DNA of 64,000 bases from Octopus sinensis (taxonomy: Eukaryota), in the NCBI RefSeq assembly GCF_006345805.1, contig NC_042997.1:19840001-19904000 (forward strand), written 5' to 3'. The notes beneath the pieces were generated by a model. The model made no database searches and had not been told where the DNA came from. It worked only from the letters and a program-made list of their open reading frames with translations. A program made the translations under genes and the position numbers. Numbering within the stretch: the stretch's first letter is position 1; each line of letters begins with the position of its first letter. Positions 1-12,670 of the stretch are shown here, in pieces.

Positions 1-674
1 TTACCACTTATTGAAAACAGTCAGCAAGAAAATGATTGCAGAGATAATATATGCTGTGAAAAATGTGGTAAGCAAGAGCAATCAATGTAAGTGAAAAAGT
101 GAACTACAATAGTCTGAAGAGAAACAAAACTAAAAAGTTGAATAAAAACTTTAAGGCAACTGACTGTCTTGACAGGAAATGGAAGAGACATAGAAATTGA
201 AGATGAGTAAGACATAATGAAATTGTAGTCTTGAAAGATCTAAGAAAAGTTACTGAATGCAAACTACTGACAGTTTGGGAAATAAAAATAAAAATAAAAA
301 AAAGTGACTACATAAGTTGAGATATATAAAAATATCATTGGAAGAAATAAGTAACAGAAAGATAAATAATACTAATTTGGTGCAGTTTGAGACATCCATT
401 GTCAAGCTTGGACAATTCGGTGTGTGCAAAATAAAAAAAAATAATAATAAATGAGGGAACAACATTTAGATAGAGAGATATATATACTAAGGTACATTTG
501 ATGTAATAAACTAATTATTGAAAGAAGAAGATGTAATAAACAAAGTCAAAATCTTATGAATACATGCAAACTTGTGATCAGGACTACACTGTTAACAGAT
601 AAGACCATTAAAATCTTGAGTTGAAACTAAATTATTTCTACACAAGTAACAGTTCAAGTCTAGTCTATATAATT

Positions 675-709
675 ATGTGTGTGTGTGTATGTATGTATTC
701 ACACACATA

Positions 710-754
<45 letters not shown>

Positions 755-803
755 GTATGTGTCTGTACTGTGTGAATGTAAATATATGTGTGTGTGTGCA
801 TGT

Positions 804-855
<52 letters not shown>

Positions 856-1125
856 GTATATGCTTATGCATATATATATATGTATATATATATATATATG
901 TATATGCTTATGCATATATATATATGTATATATATATGTATGTATATATATATATGTTTGAGTGTGTATAAAATATGCTTCCATACAAATATATATATAT
1001 ATATATACACACACACATATATATATACATACACACATACATGTGTCTGAATGTAAATACATAACTGTGTCTGTCTGTATGTAAATATGTGTGTGTATAC
1101 ACACACATACATAAACACACATACT
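675..1125. repeat. Compound (AT)n/(GT)n/(ATAC)n microsatellite
   Basis: Direct tandem di- and tetranucleotide runs; explains the YIYI/HTHT ORFs in the track. Confidence 0.95.
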
Positions 1126-1499
1126 TAGGCAGACAATTTCATTATGCAAATTATGTGTAAACCAAGAGCCATGAAACAAAATAAACAAATGAATCTTGAC
1201 ATATTGTATACAGGTGATGGTGAATAGGATGAAGAGGTAGGAAAAACATTCTAGTTTTGGTAGGTGCCATTTACATTATTCTTGTAAGGTAGGTCTCATT
1301 TATTTTAAATGGTTATATTTGATGTAAAAAAATTAAGGTATTAGGTTTTACATTATTTTTTAGGGAAATTCATGCATGTGTGCAAACTCTGGTATAAACA
1401 GTTAGATTTTCATGTGTGTGTACAAATATATGTATATATGTGTACGTGTATATATATATAAATACACACATACATATATATGTATGTATATATGTATAT

Positions 1500-1815
1500 A
1501 TACAACACCTGTCTGTGTTCAAATTGTCTTTGCACGGGAGCCATCCAGACTTCCGCCTTCATCCTGAACAGGAATTAATTTTCTCTCTTCACTCCTTTGT
1601 GCCACATGGGCACAACTCCCATTCTCTCCTCTCTTCATCTGACACCTACTTCTTCTCTTCTCTCCTACCCACCTTCTCCCTTCATTGATACCCTCCTCCA
1701 TTGTCACCCCCACCCCACATATCCCACCTACCACCACACATCCCCACCCACATTCTCACCCCATCCCACACCCTATACCCACCTTCTCACTCCACACCTG
1801 CACCTCAGCCCCCAA
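1500..1815 (+). mobile_element. 5'-truncated Penelope-like element remnant (GIY-YIG C-terminus plus C-rich 3' region)
   Basis: Translation HLSVFKLSLHGSHPDFRLHPEQELIFSLHSFVPHGHN aligns by eye with DISVFGLAPHNGRPLSRLHLEQRYIFTLQTTTPHGLN at the end of the PLE ORF (29961-30100). Confidence 0.7.
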
Positions 1816-1869
1816 AGAGGGCATAACTATTTTATTATCTGACATAGGTCATTGAATGTGCACATGTTG

Positions 1870-2870
1870 ATAATGTAATTCTTCCTCTATATAAATTCTC
1901 CATTGCAAATGCTGTATTTGAACCCAGCTCTCAAATTCTCTTTAAAATTTCTTATGTGGCTTTTAGCCACTTCTTCAAAAGCTGCTTTCACATCATCTGC
2001 ACCATCAAATTATTGTCTTTGAAGACCCTTCTTCTTCATTGGACCAAACAAGCAGAAGTGAGTGGTGGCGTACTAGATTTGGACTATATAGAGAATGGAT
2101 GCCACTGACCAACCTTTTTGCTGATTGTTTGATTTGTTGCCAAAGACAAAAACATGTGTGGGTATGCATTAACATGTTGAATGCGGATCATTATCCCCAG
2201 TGGCTTCTCTAAGGCTTTTGAGCATCTCAGTGCACTGCTTGTTGTTCATGGCATATCCATGTTCCAGAACATCAAATAGAATGCTGCTCTTGTCATTCCC
2301 AAGAAATAATTACCTTCACTATCTGTGTCCATCACTTACTCTGGAATTTCTTCGTGCTTGGAAAAGAGATGTAATATCACTTCATGGATTGAGTCTTCAT
2401 TTCCTGATCATAAAGATACAGCCTTGTTTCATCCTCTGTCTGTAGATAGAAAAGGAAATGGGTCTTCAGCTTGAAACACTTCCAGCAGATTAGAACACAA
2501 CAGATTTCTACACTTCTCTCCTTTATATTGGGGAGATCAGCTAATGAGATATCCATTTTGCAAGCACTTTTTCATACTTAAAGTCTTGCACTATCTTTTG
2601 TAATGCCTTGTGACTACATTCCAGCAAGTTCACAGTTTATTAATTTGTGCAAATCAATTCATTCACTCACTGGCAACCTGTGTCAGGAGTTGGGGCTGTT
2701 GGTCTTCTGTAGCCTGTTTTGTCAACATTACTTGTTCCCCTTTCCCCCTTCCTTAAACGTCATTTATTTGTACACGTTTTAATCAATAGTGTCATTTTTT
2801 CTTCAAACAACCTGTAACTTTTTGTGGATATCCGATAGACAGCAATATACCACAATTTATACTACAGCAC
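1870..2870 (-). mobile_element. Degenerate mariner (Tc1/mariner) transposase relic
   Basis: Minus-strand fragments YEKVLAKWISH (WVPR-like), TEDETRLYLYD (first catalytic D), ILFDVLEHGYAMN, YSPNLV (YSPDLAP-like, 2071-2088), FGPMKK and FDGADDVKAAF, broken by stops and frameshifts. Confidence 0.85.
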
Positions 2871-3939
2871 ATTTTGCAACTACTAAGCTACATACTCAAG
2901 AAGAACCAAAAAATATATAAAAGACTTAGAAAACTAAAAACTTTACTGTCTGACAAACCTAGCAATGATGTAACTTCAAAGTCTCTGTCAACATATTCCA
3001 TGCAAAAATTAATGGGATATTTTATTCATAGATTGACTGGTTTTTAGTTAATACTTGGTAGTTTTTTTTTCCATATAACTAAGCATAAAAACACAAGTAC
3101 ATGTGTGCACACGCACATACACACATACAAGCATACAGTGAAAATTTTACAGACAAGAAAGATTAGAGAATAAATAAAAATAGTAAAAGTGATATGAATT
3201 ATCAACATGGAGGGATATAAAAAAAAATATTGAGGGAAAGGAATTATTCAATTTCATGATCATGGTAGGTCTTCACTGTGTAACTAGATGCGTGCAGCCT
3301 TTGATTTGTTTGATTCTTATTTTGTGTTTGTTGATAGTTTTCTGTGTGTATGGTCTACATTTAATGCAGTTAAACAACAATATCTAGATAATTGAAAAAA
3401 AAAAAGCAATTACTGATTAAACTATTGTTACAAAGTATATATCTCCAAAATCTGGTCACAGCAGAGAAAAGAATGTATTTTTTTTCCTTTAGTACAAAAA
3501 TTATTGAATTTTGACTTAAAACTACAAAGTTCTGAATGAAATATTCTAAAGACTAATTATATTTTCCAAATCATATGTAACACACCTTTCCAAAAAAAAA
3601 AAAAAGAATAGGTAGAGTAATAATGGACATAAGAAATCAAATGAAACTTATTTAAATAAGTAATTTCAAAGTATTATAGTCTACAAAAGTAGGAAGGTGA
3701 ATAAAATAGTCACAAAATATATAGATAAAGACTTTAAAAAGTGAGACAAAGGTTAATTTGATTAATAAAATATAATAAACTTAGGAGTTTGTTGTGGTAG
3801 TGAATAATCAATAGTTAATACACATGAGGAAAATTATATACTTTAGTTTCTACTAATACAATGATATCTTATCATTAATCATCTCAGTCACTGGAATGTG
3901 GTTATTCTGGGGTACTGCCCTAAGAGTTTTTTCTCAAAT

Positions 3940-4236
3940 TGCATGCCAGTGGCACGTAAAAAGTACCATCTGAACGTGGCCGATGCCAGCGCCGCCTTGA
4001 CTGGCTTCCATGCTGGTGGCACATAAAAAGCACCAACCAATCGTGCCAGTGGCATGTAAAAAGCACTCACTACACTCATGGAGTGGTTGGCGTTAGGAAG
4101 GGCATCCAACTGTAGAAACACTGCCAGATCAGACTGGAGCCTGGTGCAGCCTCCTGGCTTCCCAGACCCTGGTCGAACGGTCCAACCCATGCTAGCATGG
4201 AAAACGGACGTTAAACGATGATGATGATGATGATGA
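3940..4236 (+). mobile_element. RTE-3'-end/SINE family F copy with (GAT)n tail
   Basis: GGTTGGCGTTAGGAAGGGCATCC...CCATGCTAGCATGGAAAACGGACGTTAAAC(GAT)n; about 10 similar copies in the window. Confidence 0.85.
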
Positions 4237-4344
4237 GCCTGGTATCACTCTCTTTTGGCCAAACTGCTGAATTACAGGGATGTAAAGAGACTTACACTAG
4301 TTGTCAGACATGGTGAGAGACAAACAAACAAAGATAGACATAGG

Positions 4345-4680
4345 CACAGGCATGGTTATGTCGTAAGAAGCTTGTTTCCTAACAACATGGTTCTGGGTTC
4401 AGTCCTACTGTATGGCACCTTGAGCAAGTGTCTTCAACTATAGCCTTAGGCCAACCAAAGCCTTGTGAGTGGATTTGGTAGACGGAAACTGAAAGATGCC
4501 TGTTGTATATATGTGTGAGTATGTGTGTGTGTGTATGTGTGTTTGTATGTCTGTGTTCATCCCCCACCATTGCTTGACAACCGACGTCGGTGTGTTTATG
4601 TCCCCATGCTTAGCAGTTTGGCAAAAGAGGCTGATAAAACAAGCACTACAAAGAATAAAAGAATAAAGAATAAACAAAGA
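4345..4680 (+). mobile_element. tRNA-derived SINE family E
   Basis: Pol III B-box-like GGTTCAGTCC; body CCAAAGCCTTGTGAGTGGATTTGGTAGACGGAAACTGAAAG recurs throughout the window; internal (GT)n. Confidence 0.8.
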
Positions 4681-4689
4681 TACACACAC

Positions 4690-4850
4690 ACATGATGAGC
4701 TTCTTTTAGTTTCCATATACCGAATCCACTTACAAGGTTTTGATTAGCCTGGAGCAGTAGTAGAAGATACTTGCTCAAGGTGCTGTTCAGTGGGACTGAA
4801 CCCAAGACCATATGGTAGAGAAGCAAGCTTCTTAACCACACAATTAAGCC
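4690..4850 (-). mobile_element. SINE family E 5' part, inverted relative to the adjacent copy
   Basis: Reverse complement of the family E head (GTGTGGTTAAGAAGCTTGCTT...GGGTTCAGTCCCACTG). Confidence 0.75.
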
Positions 4851-4899
4851 TAAAAATCATTAGTAACTCAAAATAAACACAACCATGACATCAACATTA

Positions 4900-5212
4900 T
4901 GTTTGTTTGTTTGTTCCTTCTAGAGCCATCCCTGGCCCATTAGGGCCAGTTTTCCGGTTTCCTTGGAGTACAGGTTCTTCACCTGGAGGGGACGCCAGTC
5001 CATCGTAGGTGAGCTGCTAGATGCAGGAGGAAAATGTGAGAGAAAGTTGTGGTGAAAGTCAGCAGAAGTTCGCCATTACCTTCTGCCGGAGCGGCCTGGA
5101 GCTTAGGTGTTTCGCTCATTAACACGCACATCGCCTGGTCTGAGATTCGAACCCATGATCCCTCGACCGGGAGTCCGCTGCTCTAACCACTAGGCCATGT
5201 GTCTCAACACAC
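4900..5212 (-). mobile_element. tRNA-derived SINE
   Basis: Minus strand has an A box (TGGCCTAGTGG) and a B box (GGTTCGAATC) at tRNA spacing, followed by a non-tRNA body; the GGACGCCAGTCCATC segment is shared with family A. Confidence 0.85.
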
Positions 5213-5769
5213 ATCAACACTATGCCAGCTTATGAGGATAAAAACTGGCTGTTCACAGAACTGAATGTTTACCAGCATCTTATAGATTTCACTCACAACA
5301 AAGTTGATACTTTGCTTTTCATTTCTATTGGAACACACTATAATAAATCAGTTTTACTCACCCCCTCCCAGTCAAAATTAGTGTGTGATTAATAAGTTTC
5401 CTTTCAGGACATATAGTTCTGATTTCAACTCCATTAAGCATTTTTCTAAAGCCTAGGTTGAATGGTAGTTGGGAAAGAGAAACTGTGAAGGCTAAGTGTA
5501 AATATTTGTGTGTGTGTGTGTGTGAATTATCTGTTGATGTATATCAGTAAATAATATTAAAAATAAATAATATTAAAAAATTACTGAGAAAACCAAAATG
5601 TAACTGTATTTTGAATGAGGCTTCTTGCAGTATTTGTTATATACCAAGTAACAGGTATTCCTTTGAAACTGCTGTTGTCAGGAATGCAATGAACCACTCA
5701 TTGACTCAATGGAATTCTGAAACCAATGACAATATTCTTTGACAAATATGATATAAAATATATAAATAT

Positions 5770-5813
<44 letters not shown>

Positions 5814-6231
5814 ATATAATATATCAGTATTATCTAAGCCAATGAAAAGAGGGAAAATGTACATCATTTGGGATTTGCAGTTTGAAGTATTTATTCCAGT
5901 TAAATGTTTATCAGCAGAAGTAACCTCATGCATTTACATATTGCACTTGTATTTTTCAAAAGTTTATGATTGATTTTTTTTAATAGCTAAAAGGAACAAA
6001 AAGTTACATGTAGATCTTATTTCTGGTTCCAGAGATAACATTAGTTTCATCAAGTGTAAATTTTTATCACAGAAGTGAAAATATTATTGTTGTAAGTAGT
6101 ATAGAACTCTATATTCTTTTCTTTCATAACCAAATCAGAATTATAGAAAGTTAGATTTGAATGTGATTTAAGATGTTTTATGTAAATAAAGTTTAACATT
6201 GTATAATCTTAAATGATGAAATTGCAACTGT

Positions 6232-6470
6232 ATGCAATATGTGTGGTTAGGGTGTCTGCACTATGATCGTAAGATTGTGGTTTCGATTCCTGGACCGGGC
6301 GACACATTGTGTTCTTGAACAAAATACTTCATTTCACATTGCTCCAGTCCACTCAGCTGGCAAAAATGAGTAACGCTGTGATGGACTGGTGTCCCGTCCA
6401 GCTGGGGAACACATACGCCATTGAAACCAGGAAACCAGGCCCATGAGCCTGGCTAGGCTTTAAAAGGGTG
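6232..6470 (+). mobile_element. tRNA-derived SINE family A
   Basis: GTGGTTAGGGTG...GGTTTCGATTCC head and TGTGTTCTTGAACAAAATACTTCATTTCAC core; inverted copies at 12415-12670 and 44480-44725. Confidence 0.85.
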
Positions 6471-6559
6471 CATTTATTTAATTTTATGCAATATGTACAC
6501 TGTCATACAAATATTCCACATGCAGAAATAATTACACTTTTTAATATAGGCATATATAT

Positions 6560-6780
6560 TTGGCAGCAAGCAGGAAGAATCATTAGCTTGCCAGCCAAAA
6601 TGCTTCATGGCATTTCATCCACCTTTATGTTTCAAGTTCAAATTCTGCCGTGGTCAAATTTTTTCCTTTTGTCCTTTTGGGGGTCGATAAAATAAGTACC
6701 AGTGAAGCACTTGGGGTCAATGTAATTAACCAGCCTCTTCCCCCAAAATGTCAGGCTTTGTGCCTAAAGTAGAAAGTAGA
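6560..6780 (+). mobile_element. tRNA-derived SINE family D
   Basis: TGGCAG...GTTCAAATTCTGCCG...GGGTCGATAAAATAAGTACCAG...GTGCCTAAAGTAGAAAG; more than 10 copies in the window. Confidence 0.75.
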
Positions 6781-7274
6781 GAGGAATATAGGCCTACATA
6801 AACATGGGCATAGGTATGGCAGTGTGGTAAGGTATTCGTTTCCTAACCACATGCTTCTGGGTTCAGTCACATTGCATGGCACCCTGGGAAAGTACCTTCT
6901 ACTATAGCCCTGGGGTTGACCAAAGCTTTGTGAGTGGATCTGGTAGATGGAAACTCATTGTATGTGACTGTGTGCATGTATGTATATTTTATTTCAAGAT
7001 TTCTTGCTGTTGTAGAAAGAGCCAATTTCTAACCTAGAAACAAGACTCCTTCATTAGAGTTTCAGCAACATTTACGTGGTAGCTATAAATGTATGTATGT
7101 CTATATACAAGTGTTTGGCATCAGTAAATGGGCAGATCTGAGTTTTGTTTTATGTTCAGGTACTCATACATAAAGTTACAAGCCAAGACATCCTATGTAC
7201 TTGTAAAGGTGTAAAGTTTTACATATATATGCATGAGTACTTGTATGTAAAGTTTTACAACATTTTTTACATAT

Positions 7275-7812
7275 ATATATGCTAAACATAACATATTTTG
7301 ATACTTCCTTTGATGGCTTGTATCTGTAGTTTTCTAATTAGCTTTCCCTTTTCTGATTTTGAAAATCCTACTTTCTCAAGATTAGTTACATATCCAAATT
7401 TCCCCAAAATTATGGGCGCATATTTAAACGTATTTTCTTTGAGGAGTATCTGTAAATTTCTCAATAGTTCAATACAGGTGTTTTCCTTTTCACTGATTTT
7501 TAACTTTATGTTGATATCTGCAATTAACTTCACCTACTGTACCTAGTTTCTCTTCCTTGTCTCAAGTCACTATTTCTGGTCTCTTTTGTTATATTTTATT
7601 AAGGTTTTCACAGGGACATACCACCAGTATTCTATGATATTATGAGTTCTTGTGTTCTCATACACACTGTAGGTTCTTATATCTTTGTTCTCGGCATTAT
7701 CCTCCTGGCTGATGTCATTCTACAGTATCTTGGCCATATCATTATGTCTCATCAGTTAATAATAACACATTGACATTCCCAAACAACTGCTTATGACTTA
7801 GATGAGTGTCTC
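7275..7812 (-). mobile_element. Degenerate R4/Dong-like non-LTR retrotransposon 3' end (restriction-like endonuclease, RLE)
   Basis: Fragments VISSCLGMSMCYY / MRHNDMAKIL / IIEYWWYVPVKT / RPEIV / KYAPIILGKFGYV...KLQIQAIKGSIKIC follow the order of an RLE domain. Confidence 0.75.
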
Positions 7813-7849
7813 AGCATTATTTAGAAATATATCATTATAAGTGTATTGA

Positions 7850-8085
7850 ATGTATGTATGTATATACGTATGTACGTACATACATACAAACAAATGTGTG
7901 TATGTAAGTACATACATACATATGTGTGTATGTAAGTATATACATACATATATGTATGTAGGTACATACATACGTACATGCATACATACATGCATGCATA
8001 CATGCATACATACATACATACATACATACATACGTACATACATGCATACTTACATGCATACATATGTGTGTATGTAAGTACATGT
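7850..8085. repeat. (TACA)n/(TATG)n microsatellite
   Basis: Direct tandem repeats. Confidence 0.95.
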
Positions 8086-9977
8086 ACACTTAAACCACAA
8101 AATAAAGCTGTTGGAATACTGAAGCGAGTCCTTAAATTGTTGACTAACAAAGCAAATGCATTCAATATGCGTCATTATGTTTTGTTTTTCTATAATTTTC
8201 TTTTGTTGTTTTTTTTTTGTAAATTAAGCTTAATGTGCTAATAAACCTTTTCATATAAACCAGTTCAAATTTATGCAATAAAAACTGCAGCATAACATGT
8301 CACAACAAATTTTAGAAAATATATCTTTATAATTGCATAGAATAAATTAATATAATGACAGAGCTATCCATATACAAGAAAGGAATTTTCTTACAAACTT
8401 GATAACCAATTACAGTTCAGATTAGTTTAGGAGAGAAATACAAAAAATAATGTTACATTTGAATGATTAAATTCAGCAAAATTTTTGGCCAACAGACAAT
8501 GGGAAAATTAAAACGTAGTGATTTAATAATAGAGTAGATAATAAGGATTTACTACTAGAAGAGTTAAGACTAAAGCCATTGTGATGAAACTTAATTTGCT
8601 CAGAAGGGCTTCATTACACATGACTGGATATCAAAATGTAGAAAGAATTCCAGTGTGTTCCCTTTGCTAGACAAGAATTTCTCTTCAATGTTACTTTCTC
8701 TACATTGTTTCTTTCCATAGTTTATGCAACTAATGTCAAGTCATTACTTTCATACAAATTATTGCATCTCTGTCTAATGATTTTTCTTTCAATCCTATAT
8801 TTTGTCTTTCACTTTCTCTTTACACTTCAATCACAACACAGCAGACTTCACTTTCTAATGTTCTAATTCCTATCCAGTTGTCATTTCTCCCTTATTTTAT
8901 TCTCTTTTGTAATTCTTTTTCTTTCTTTAACCTTTCGTAAGCTGTTTCTTTTCTTCCTGTCAACACTGATTGGCTGACATCAGTGAGGATGCTCTCAACC
9001 AAGTCCCAATTAAGGATCTACTTAATTAGAGTGAACCAGCAAACAAAAATATGACTTGTACGTAGGAAAAGAGATGTGATGAACACTGTCGAAGGAGGGA
9101 TTGAGAACTGAAGATGAGAAACAAGGAGGAGGTTCATTAACAGCATTTTCTATCCGCTATTATCACACTTGCCACCATCACCCAAGCCTGTTAGATGACA
9201 GACATTAACATGCTTGACAAGTTAGCCTAGTAGTTTACAATTACTTTCTTCTTTGGAAAGAATACTTTTCAAAATCTGATTAAGCTAACAAAGAGGTAAA
9301 GGATGTAGTAATGTAACAAACATAAGGATTCCTGCAAATATATTCAATGTGAATGATGTGCTAGTGTGTTTCAGTGAGTGTATATGAAGGGCTAATATGT
9401 TATAGTGTAAGAATGCGTTAAGTTTATATAAGTTTGTTTTAGAGCCTACTTAAGAGATACAAGTGTATTATGAAAAAGTATGTGGAAATGTGTTAGGTTC
9501 TACATATTCCAATGAACCTTGTATAATTCAGTATACACCAGTTACCATGATTATGGGAGGAGTGAAAGCTGGTTACATAGTTCTCAAAAATTTGTATTTT
9601 GACATTAGCATAACAAATATTCTGTAATGTATGATAAATTCTTGGAGACTGAGATCAGTTTGAAGTATGTGTGAATCAACTTTATGTACATAATAGGAAT
9701 ATCTACAGGCATATATGCACTAGATGCGTATTTCATAAGGTGTTTGACCAACTGTATAGTGGCTTCCTCTTTAGCTTGATTACGCAAGAAGGAACGAATT
9801 TGTGTAACGGAAAATATGATAAATGAACATTAAGAACATTATTAATATTGAAAAAATGAAAATTTAAGCACTTGCTTTTCATGTCTCCTGTAAAACTGAT
9901 ATTCTAAACTTTATACACCAGAAGGGTCATCAACATAATTTTATCAGTAGTATAATATGAAAAATTTTATCATTTAA

Positions 9978-10196
9978 CCCTTTAGTGTTCAGATTATTCA
10001 ATCAAACATAATGCTTATTGATTCCCATTGATTTGAATTAATCATGCATTATCTCATATCTTCAAGATCTTGATGGTGTAATTACTTAATGTAGAATAAC
10101 ATTGTAGGGTAGGTGTGAGAGGCTGGATCTGGTCAGTTTGAACATAAAACAGATTAGCTATTTTGGCCGGATATGGCCGGTTTAAATACTAAAGGG
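9978..10196. mobile_element. piggyBac-type MITE
   Basis: TTAA|CCCTTTAGT...ACTAAAGGG|TTAA: CCC/GGG termini, short TIRs, TTAA target duplication (9974-9977 and 10197-10200), no ORF. Confidence 0.8.
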
Positions 10197-10322
10197 TTAA
10201 GGATATAAGAGCAAAATTAAACAAATGGATGACAGAAAAGGTCGTTGTTGTCGTCGTCGTCGTCATCATCATCACCGTCATCGTCATCATCATCATCATC
10301 ATCATCATCGTTGTTATTTTTT

Positions 10323-10544
10323 AAGGTGGTGAGCTGGCAGAATTGATAGCATGCCAGGAAAAATGTTTAGCAGCATTTCATCTGTCCCTACGTTCTAAAT
10401 TCAAACTCTGTCAAGGTTGACTTTGCTTTACATCCTTTCAGGGTTGATAAATTAAGTACCAATTTACATACAGGGGTTGATATAATCGATTGGCTACCTC
10501 CCCCAAAATTTGAAGCCTTGTGCCTATAGTAGAAAGGATTATTA

Positions 10545-10602
<58 letters not shown>

Positions 10603-10608
10603 CATTAT
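10323..10608 (+). mobile_element. SINE family D with long (TAT)n tail
   Basis: AAGGTGGTGAGCTGGCAGAATTG (A box)...GTTCTAAATTCAAA..., then (TAT)n at 10538-10608. Confidence 0.85.
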
Positions 10609-10609
10609 T

Positions 10610-10718
10610 GACTTTAGTCTTGTATTTGTACAAGTTGACCCCCGAGTCTCACCCAGAGTCCTCAAGAGACAAGAAAGAAGTTCAAGTCGGTATTGTGAAT
10701 AGGCTACCATATTTTTGG
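10610..10718 (-). mobile_element. Short unique insert in a (TAT)n array, probable 3' UTR of a Dong-like LINE
   Basis: ~110 bp of non-repetitive sequence flanked on both sides by (TAT)n; ends in (AAT)n on the minus strand like the neighbouring RLE LINE ends. No coding evidence. Confidence 0.5.
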
Positions 10719-10739
10719 TTATTATTATCATTATTATCA

Positions 10740-10980
10740 AGGCAGTAAGCTGGTAGAATTGTTAGCATGCTGAGCAAAATGCTTTGCAGTATCTCGTCTA
10801 TTGCTACATTCTGAGTTCAAATTCTGCCAAGGTCGACTTTGCCTTTCATCCCTTTCAGGGTCAATAAATTAAGTACCAGTGAAACACTGGGGTTGATGCA
10901 ATCGACTATCCCCATCCCTACAAATTCTAGGCCTTGTGCCTAAAGTATAAAGGATTATTATCATTATTATTATTGCTATT
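10740..10980 (+). mobile_element. SINE family D
   Basis: GGCAGTAAGCTGGTAGAATTG...GAGTTCAAATTCTGCC...GTGCCTAAAGTATAAAGG, then (TAT)n. Confidence 0.85.
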
Positions 10981-11423
10981 ACTTTGATGAAAACTCCCAG
11001 CTTATTTTACTGGGTAGGATGGAAAGAGTCAGCTGTCCACAGCCAGCAGATTAAGGTGGAACTTGTTTACTGATCATGCTTCAAGAACCCAGTGGAGAAC
11101 TCTTACAGTTCCAAGCAATGCTAATTTTTGTAGGTGTTCTATTTTTACATTTGTACCAACCTTTCTGAGCCACGTTGGTAGTTGAGGGCCAATACGTCCA
11201 GGTATGCCAATCCCTTTTGATATCACACCCACCCTCTTAATTGCCCACAACCTGCGTATTTCTCACTTTAATTCCTTATAGTTGTTAGCTTTTTCTTCCT
11301 CTTCTTCTTTCATCCTGTTGTCACCAGGACATGCTATGTCAATTATCAGGCAAGTTTTATCTTTTCTGTTCACTACAACTATGTTCGGTTTCCAATCTCT
11401 AATCTGATGGTCATACTGAATCA
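10981..11423 (-). mobile_element. 5'-truncated R4/Dong-like LINE (RLE domain plus 3' UTR)
   Basis: Minus translation IQYDHQIRDWKPNIVVVNRKDKTCLIIDIACPGDNRMKEEEEEKANNYKELK*EIRRLW...LQKLALLGTVRVLHWVLEA* (11074-11423); (TAT)n on both flanks. Confidence 0.9.
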
Positions 11424-12414
11424 ATTATTATTATTATTATTAAGTGTTATATCTGAAATCAAGATACCAGAATCTGCATTTTCAAAACGTGCCTTATTTA
11501 ATAGTAGGAAAATATTCTATAAAGAAAGTCCTCTCTACATAAAAAAAATCAACAATAAAGAAATGATATCCTTTTTAACCTCTGAACACAAGTACGATTC
11601 ATTTGACATAGGACATTGCATTCCTCACAACTTGGTTAAGTGATAATGAGCTCTGTGTCCTCATGCCATAATATATCTATTAGGAATGCCTCCTAAAACC
11701 TTATTGATTACCTTCATTCTATAAATTTGATTAAGTTAATTGCCTTTTTTTTTTCAGTGGCAGTAATTCAAGCAAAGCCCTTTATTTTGAGCAAGAATAG
11801 CTTCCAGATGTATTTTAATTTCTCATTTATAATAATTTAAGTAATCACCATTATAATTTTTCATGGCTTAAACAACACCCAATCATTGAAAAGTTTATTT
11901 AACCATTTTTGATTTAATACTACCAAATTTAGTATCTATTTTACAAAGCTGCCTTCTTGATTATCGATGTCTTTGACATTTTAAGAATATGATACAATAT
12001 GTAAGGTGGCCAGTTGGCAGAATTGGTAACACACTGAGTAAAATGCTTAGCATTTCATCCATCTTCATATTCCACTGAGGTTGACTTTGCCATTCATTCT
12101 TTTGAAGGTTGATAAAATAAGTACCAGTTGAAGACTAGGATTAATGTAACTGATTTACTCCCTCCCCAGTAATTTCTGGCCTTGTGCTAAAATTTGAAAT
12201 CAATATTATACAAAATGTAGCTTGCATCAGCTGAATCAATTTGGAGATATTTGATCCAATGAACAATGTCACTATTTAAAATCAGATATAAAGACAGTAT
12301 TACATTTCACTGATTCTTACTGCAATATCCCATCAGTTTTCTAACTCTCTTTCCTACACCATTCTCAGCGACCCTACAAAAGTCTTTGGCACTGCCATTT
12401 CCTTTATGACTGAA

Positions 12415-12670
12415 TAAAAAATAAATGTGCCCTTTTAAATCCTAGCCAGACTCTTGGGTCCGGTTTCCCAGGTTCTATGGTGTATGTGTTCCCCAGCTGG
12501 ACACCAGTCCATCACAACATTACTCATTTTTGCCGGCTGAGTGGACTGGAGCAACATGAAATGAAGTGTTTTTCTCAAGAATACAATGGGTCACCTGGTT
12601 CAGTAATCAAAACCACAATCTTACGATCATGATGCTAACACCCTAACCACTAAGCCACGTGCCTCCACAT
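12415..12670 (-). mobile_element. SINE family A
   Basis: Reverse complement of 6232-6470. Confidence 0.85.

Noticed and set aside
1-92. Possible plus-strand exon end (LPLIENSQQENDC..., GTAAGT at 87-92)
   Set aside because: No recognisable homology, the acceptor lies outside the window, and A-rich decayed DNA gives such frames by chance.
621-1188. ORFs of 70-170 aa rich in YI/HT/CV, and similar ones at 7798-8241, 39550-40099 and 48875-49328
   Set aside because: Translations of stop-free microsatellites with no protein-like composition.
10388-10740. Poly-Asn/poly-Ile ORFs (also 20324-21361, 41750-42049 and 61948-62169)
   Set aside because: Translations of trinucleotide repeats.
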